Assembly (NCBI GenBank): GCA_017523615.1
Contig: JAFWWK010000007.1
Coordinates: 5,582-69,581 of the forward strand
DNA from: Clostridia bacterium
Lineage (GTDB): Bacteria; Bacillota; Clostridia; Christensenellales; Aristaeellaceae
Direction: 5' to 3'
DNA: 64,000 nucleotides
Both the position numbers and the translations under genes were made by a program. A model generated the notes under the pieces. That model ran no database searches and was not told the DNA's origin. It saw only the letters and a list, made by a program, of their open reading frames with translations. Below, one piece after another: positions 62,594 to 64,000 of the stretch (the stretch's first letter is position 1; the number at the start of each line of letters is the position of its first letter).

Positions 62594-63136
62594 TCAGGCA
62601 GTGATCGGCATAGTTGCAAAGAAGAAATCGCTGATCTCCTCGGGCGTATACCCGCTGTGCTTTGTCCACCAGCGGACAGTCTCGCAAAAACCGCATATGA
62701 TACTGTTCAGACAGTAGTCATACGGAACAGCCGGATCCTTTGGAACTGACGATGAAAACAGTTCCGCCAGTTTTTCCCTGAAAAAGCCCATAAACACCGC
62801 GTCGCTCTCCCCCGAAAGAATCCCCGAAAGAACGCCGATATGCTCCCGCAGATGATAAAGGATGTGGGTCGCTTTGGCTTTTGTATCGTGGGACCGGGAA
62901 AAGTCATGGGTCTTTTCCTTTCCCGGGTCCCCTGAAAAGACATGGTCAAAGATGTCCGAACAGAAGGATCGCAGAAGTGCGTCCTTTGTGTCGAAATGGG
63001 TATAAAAGGTGGTCCTGCCGATATCCGCACGGTCAATGATCTGCTGAACGGTGACTTTGGCATAGCCTTCTTCATTCAGCAGGTCTGTGAAAGCCTTGTA
63101 AATGGCCTCTTTTGTCTTCCGCTGCCTGCGGTCCAT
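62594..63136 (-). CDS. TetR/AcrR family transcriptional regulator
   Basis: Start at MDRRQRKTKEAIYKAFTDLLNEEGYAKVTVQQIIDRADIGRTTFYTHFDTKDALL (RBS GGGAGG). Confidence 0.9.
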   Translation of the reverse strand: MDRRQRKTKEAIYKAFTDLLNEEGYAKVTVQQIIDRADIGRTTFYTHFDTKDALLRSFCSDIFDHVFSGDPGKEKTHDFSRSHDTKAKATHILYHLREHIGVLSGILSGESDAVFMGFFREKLAELFSSSVPKDPAVPYDYCLNSIICGFCETVRWWTKHSGYTPEEISDFFFATMPITA

Positions 63137-63233
63137 GGGTATCCTCCCGAACAGTTTTTCTTTTTTGTTCCGTATCGAACGGTTCCTGAAATCTGATTCT
63201 TGCGAACGGCATGCATAGGGCATATGATCATCC

Positions 63234-63248
63234 TGAACATATTGTTCA
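63234..63248. promoter_or_regulatory. 15-bp palindrome in the TetR/DMT divergent intergenic region (operator candidate)
   Basis: TGAACATATTGTTCA (6-3-6 perfect inverted repeat). Confidence 0.4.
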
Positions 63249-63305
63249 TTATCGTATGCATTATACGCTCATGCGAAACACGTGTCAACGAGGGAGGACG
63301 TGCAG

Positions 63306-64000
63306 ATGAAAAAAGCCGTTGCCTTTGCGGTCCTGGCCGCCATGCTTTACGCCCTGAACGCGCCGGTATCCAAGCTGCTTTTGCAAAGCGTGCCGCCCAC
63401 CATGATGGCCGGCTTCCTGTACCTGGGAGCTGGCCTTGGTATGGCGCTCATGGGACTGATCAGGGCCGGTACGAAACTCGGGCAGCGGGAAACGAGGCTC
63501 ACAAAAAAGGACCTGCCGTTTACCCTTGGCATGGTGTTTCTGGATATCACCGCCCCGATCTTTCTGATGATCGGTCTGCGCAGCACCTCGGCGGCTAACG
63601 CCTCTCTGCTCAACAATTTTGAGATCGTCGCCACAGCCCTCATCGCCCTGATGATCTTCCGGGAGAAGATCGGCAAGCGGCTCTGGACCGCGATCGCCCT
63701 GATCACCCTTTCCAGCGCCCTCCTGTCCGTAGAGGAAGCCGACAGCTTTCGTTTTTCCGTAGGCTCGCTTTTTGTTCTGGCCGCCTGCATCTGCTGGGGG
63801 CTGGAAAACAACTGCACCCGATGCCTGTCCAAAAGCGATCCTCTGGAGATCGTGGTGATCAAAGGCTTCGGTTCCGGCATCGGATCGGTGATCATCGGTC
63901 TCGCTGTCGGTGAATCCCTCCCGGCATGGGGAGACCTTACGAAGATCCTTCTGCTGGGATTTGTAGCCTATGGACTGAGCATCTATTTTTATGTTTATGC
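63306..64000 (+). CDS. EamA/DMT family transporter (3' end beyond window)
   Basis: My own translation from the ATG at 63306 (RBS GAGGGAGG) gives MKKAVAFAVLAAMLYALNAPVSKLLLQSVPPTMMAGFLYLGAGLGMAL...FREKIGKRLWTAIALITLSSALL...CWGLENNCTR. It stays open to the window end. It is absent from the track because there is no stop; the antisense track ORF 63347-63895 is rejected. Confidence 0.85.
   Translation, partial: MKKAVAFAVLAAMLYALNAPVSKLLLQSVPPTMMAGFLYLGAGLGMALMGLIRAGTKLGQRETRLTKKDLPFTLGMVFLDITAPIFLMIGLRSTSAANASLLNNFEIVATALIALMIFREKIGKRLWTAIALITLSSALLSVEEADSFRFSVGSLFVLAACICWGLENNCTRCLSKSDPLEIVVIKGFGSGIGSVIIGLAVGESLPAWGDLTKILLLGFVAYGLSIYFYVY

Overview
GC-rich, densely coding chromosomal segment with about 60 genes, short intergenic gaps, AGGAGG-type RBSs and many ATGA/4-nt start-stop overlaps. 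By gene content it looks like a Gram-positive, Clostridia-type gut or fibre-degrading organism; that taxonomy is inference only. I saw no rRNA, CRISPR array, integrase, transposase or phage genes. Housekeeping genes: trpS, rlmD/rumA, DUF1015, yebC, pgsA, asd-dapA-dapB, greA, and one tRNA-Thr(GGT) with its own promoter and terminator. These are interleaved with four kinds of accessory blocks. (1) Glycan modules: a MerR-linked, signal-peptide-less GH10-GH9-AKR(4Fe-4S)-SDR operon, and a GH35 / DUF5107-TPR operon. (2) Cell-envelope proteins: an 800-aa PG_binding/SH3b protein, a CHAP protein, a C39-like peptidase and a UPF0104 flippase-like protein. (3) A metal-homeostasis island at 45.6-60.2 kb. 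It holds an FTR1 / P19 / DUF2318 / MacB-type ABC iron-uptake cluster in which one permease carries an inserted FMN_bind domain, plus a DUF4418 protein, a second ABC pair, and a ZIP transporter operon. (4) Small regulator-containing operons (ArsR-DUF2087, TetR x2, AraC x2, TfoX). The most unusual element is a three-gene operon at 41.9-45.4 kb. It fuses the two halves of a partner-switching pair to non-canonical partners: the STAS antagonist domain to an APH-like kinase, and the RsbW/SpoIIAB-type GHKL kinase domain to a MATE-like 12-TM protein. A NadD/NMNAT-like nucleotidyltransferase sits between them and no sigma factor is nearby. Two de novo operator-like motifs were found by eye. GTTAG-N6-CTAA(C/T) occurs four times in the FTR1/AraC intergenic region and once upstream of the ZIP operon. 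Twin TTCGAT-N4-ATCGAA palindromes bracket the promoter of the ArsR-DUF2087 operon. All family assignments rest on motifs I recognise in the translated ORFs; no database search was run.
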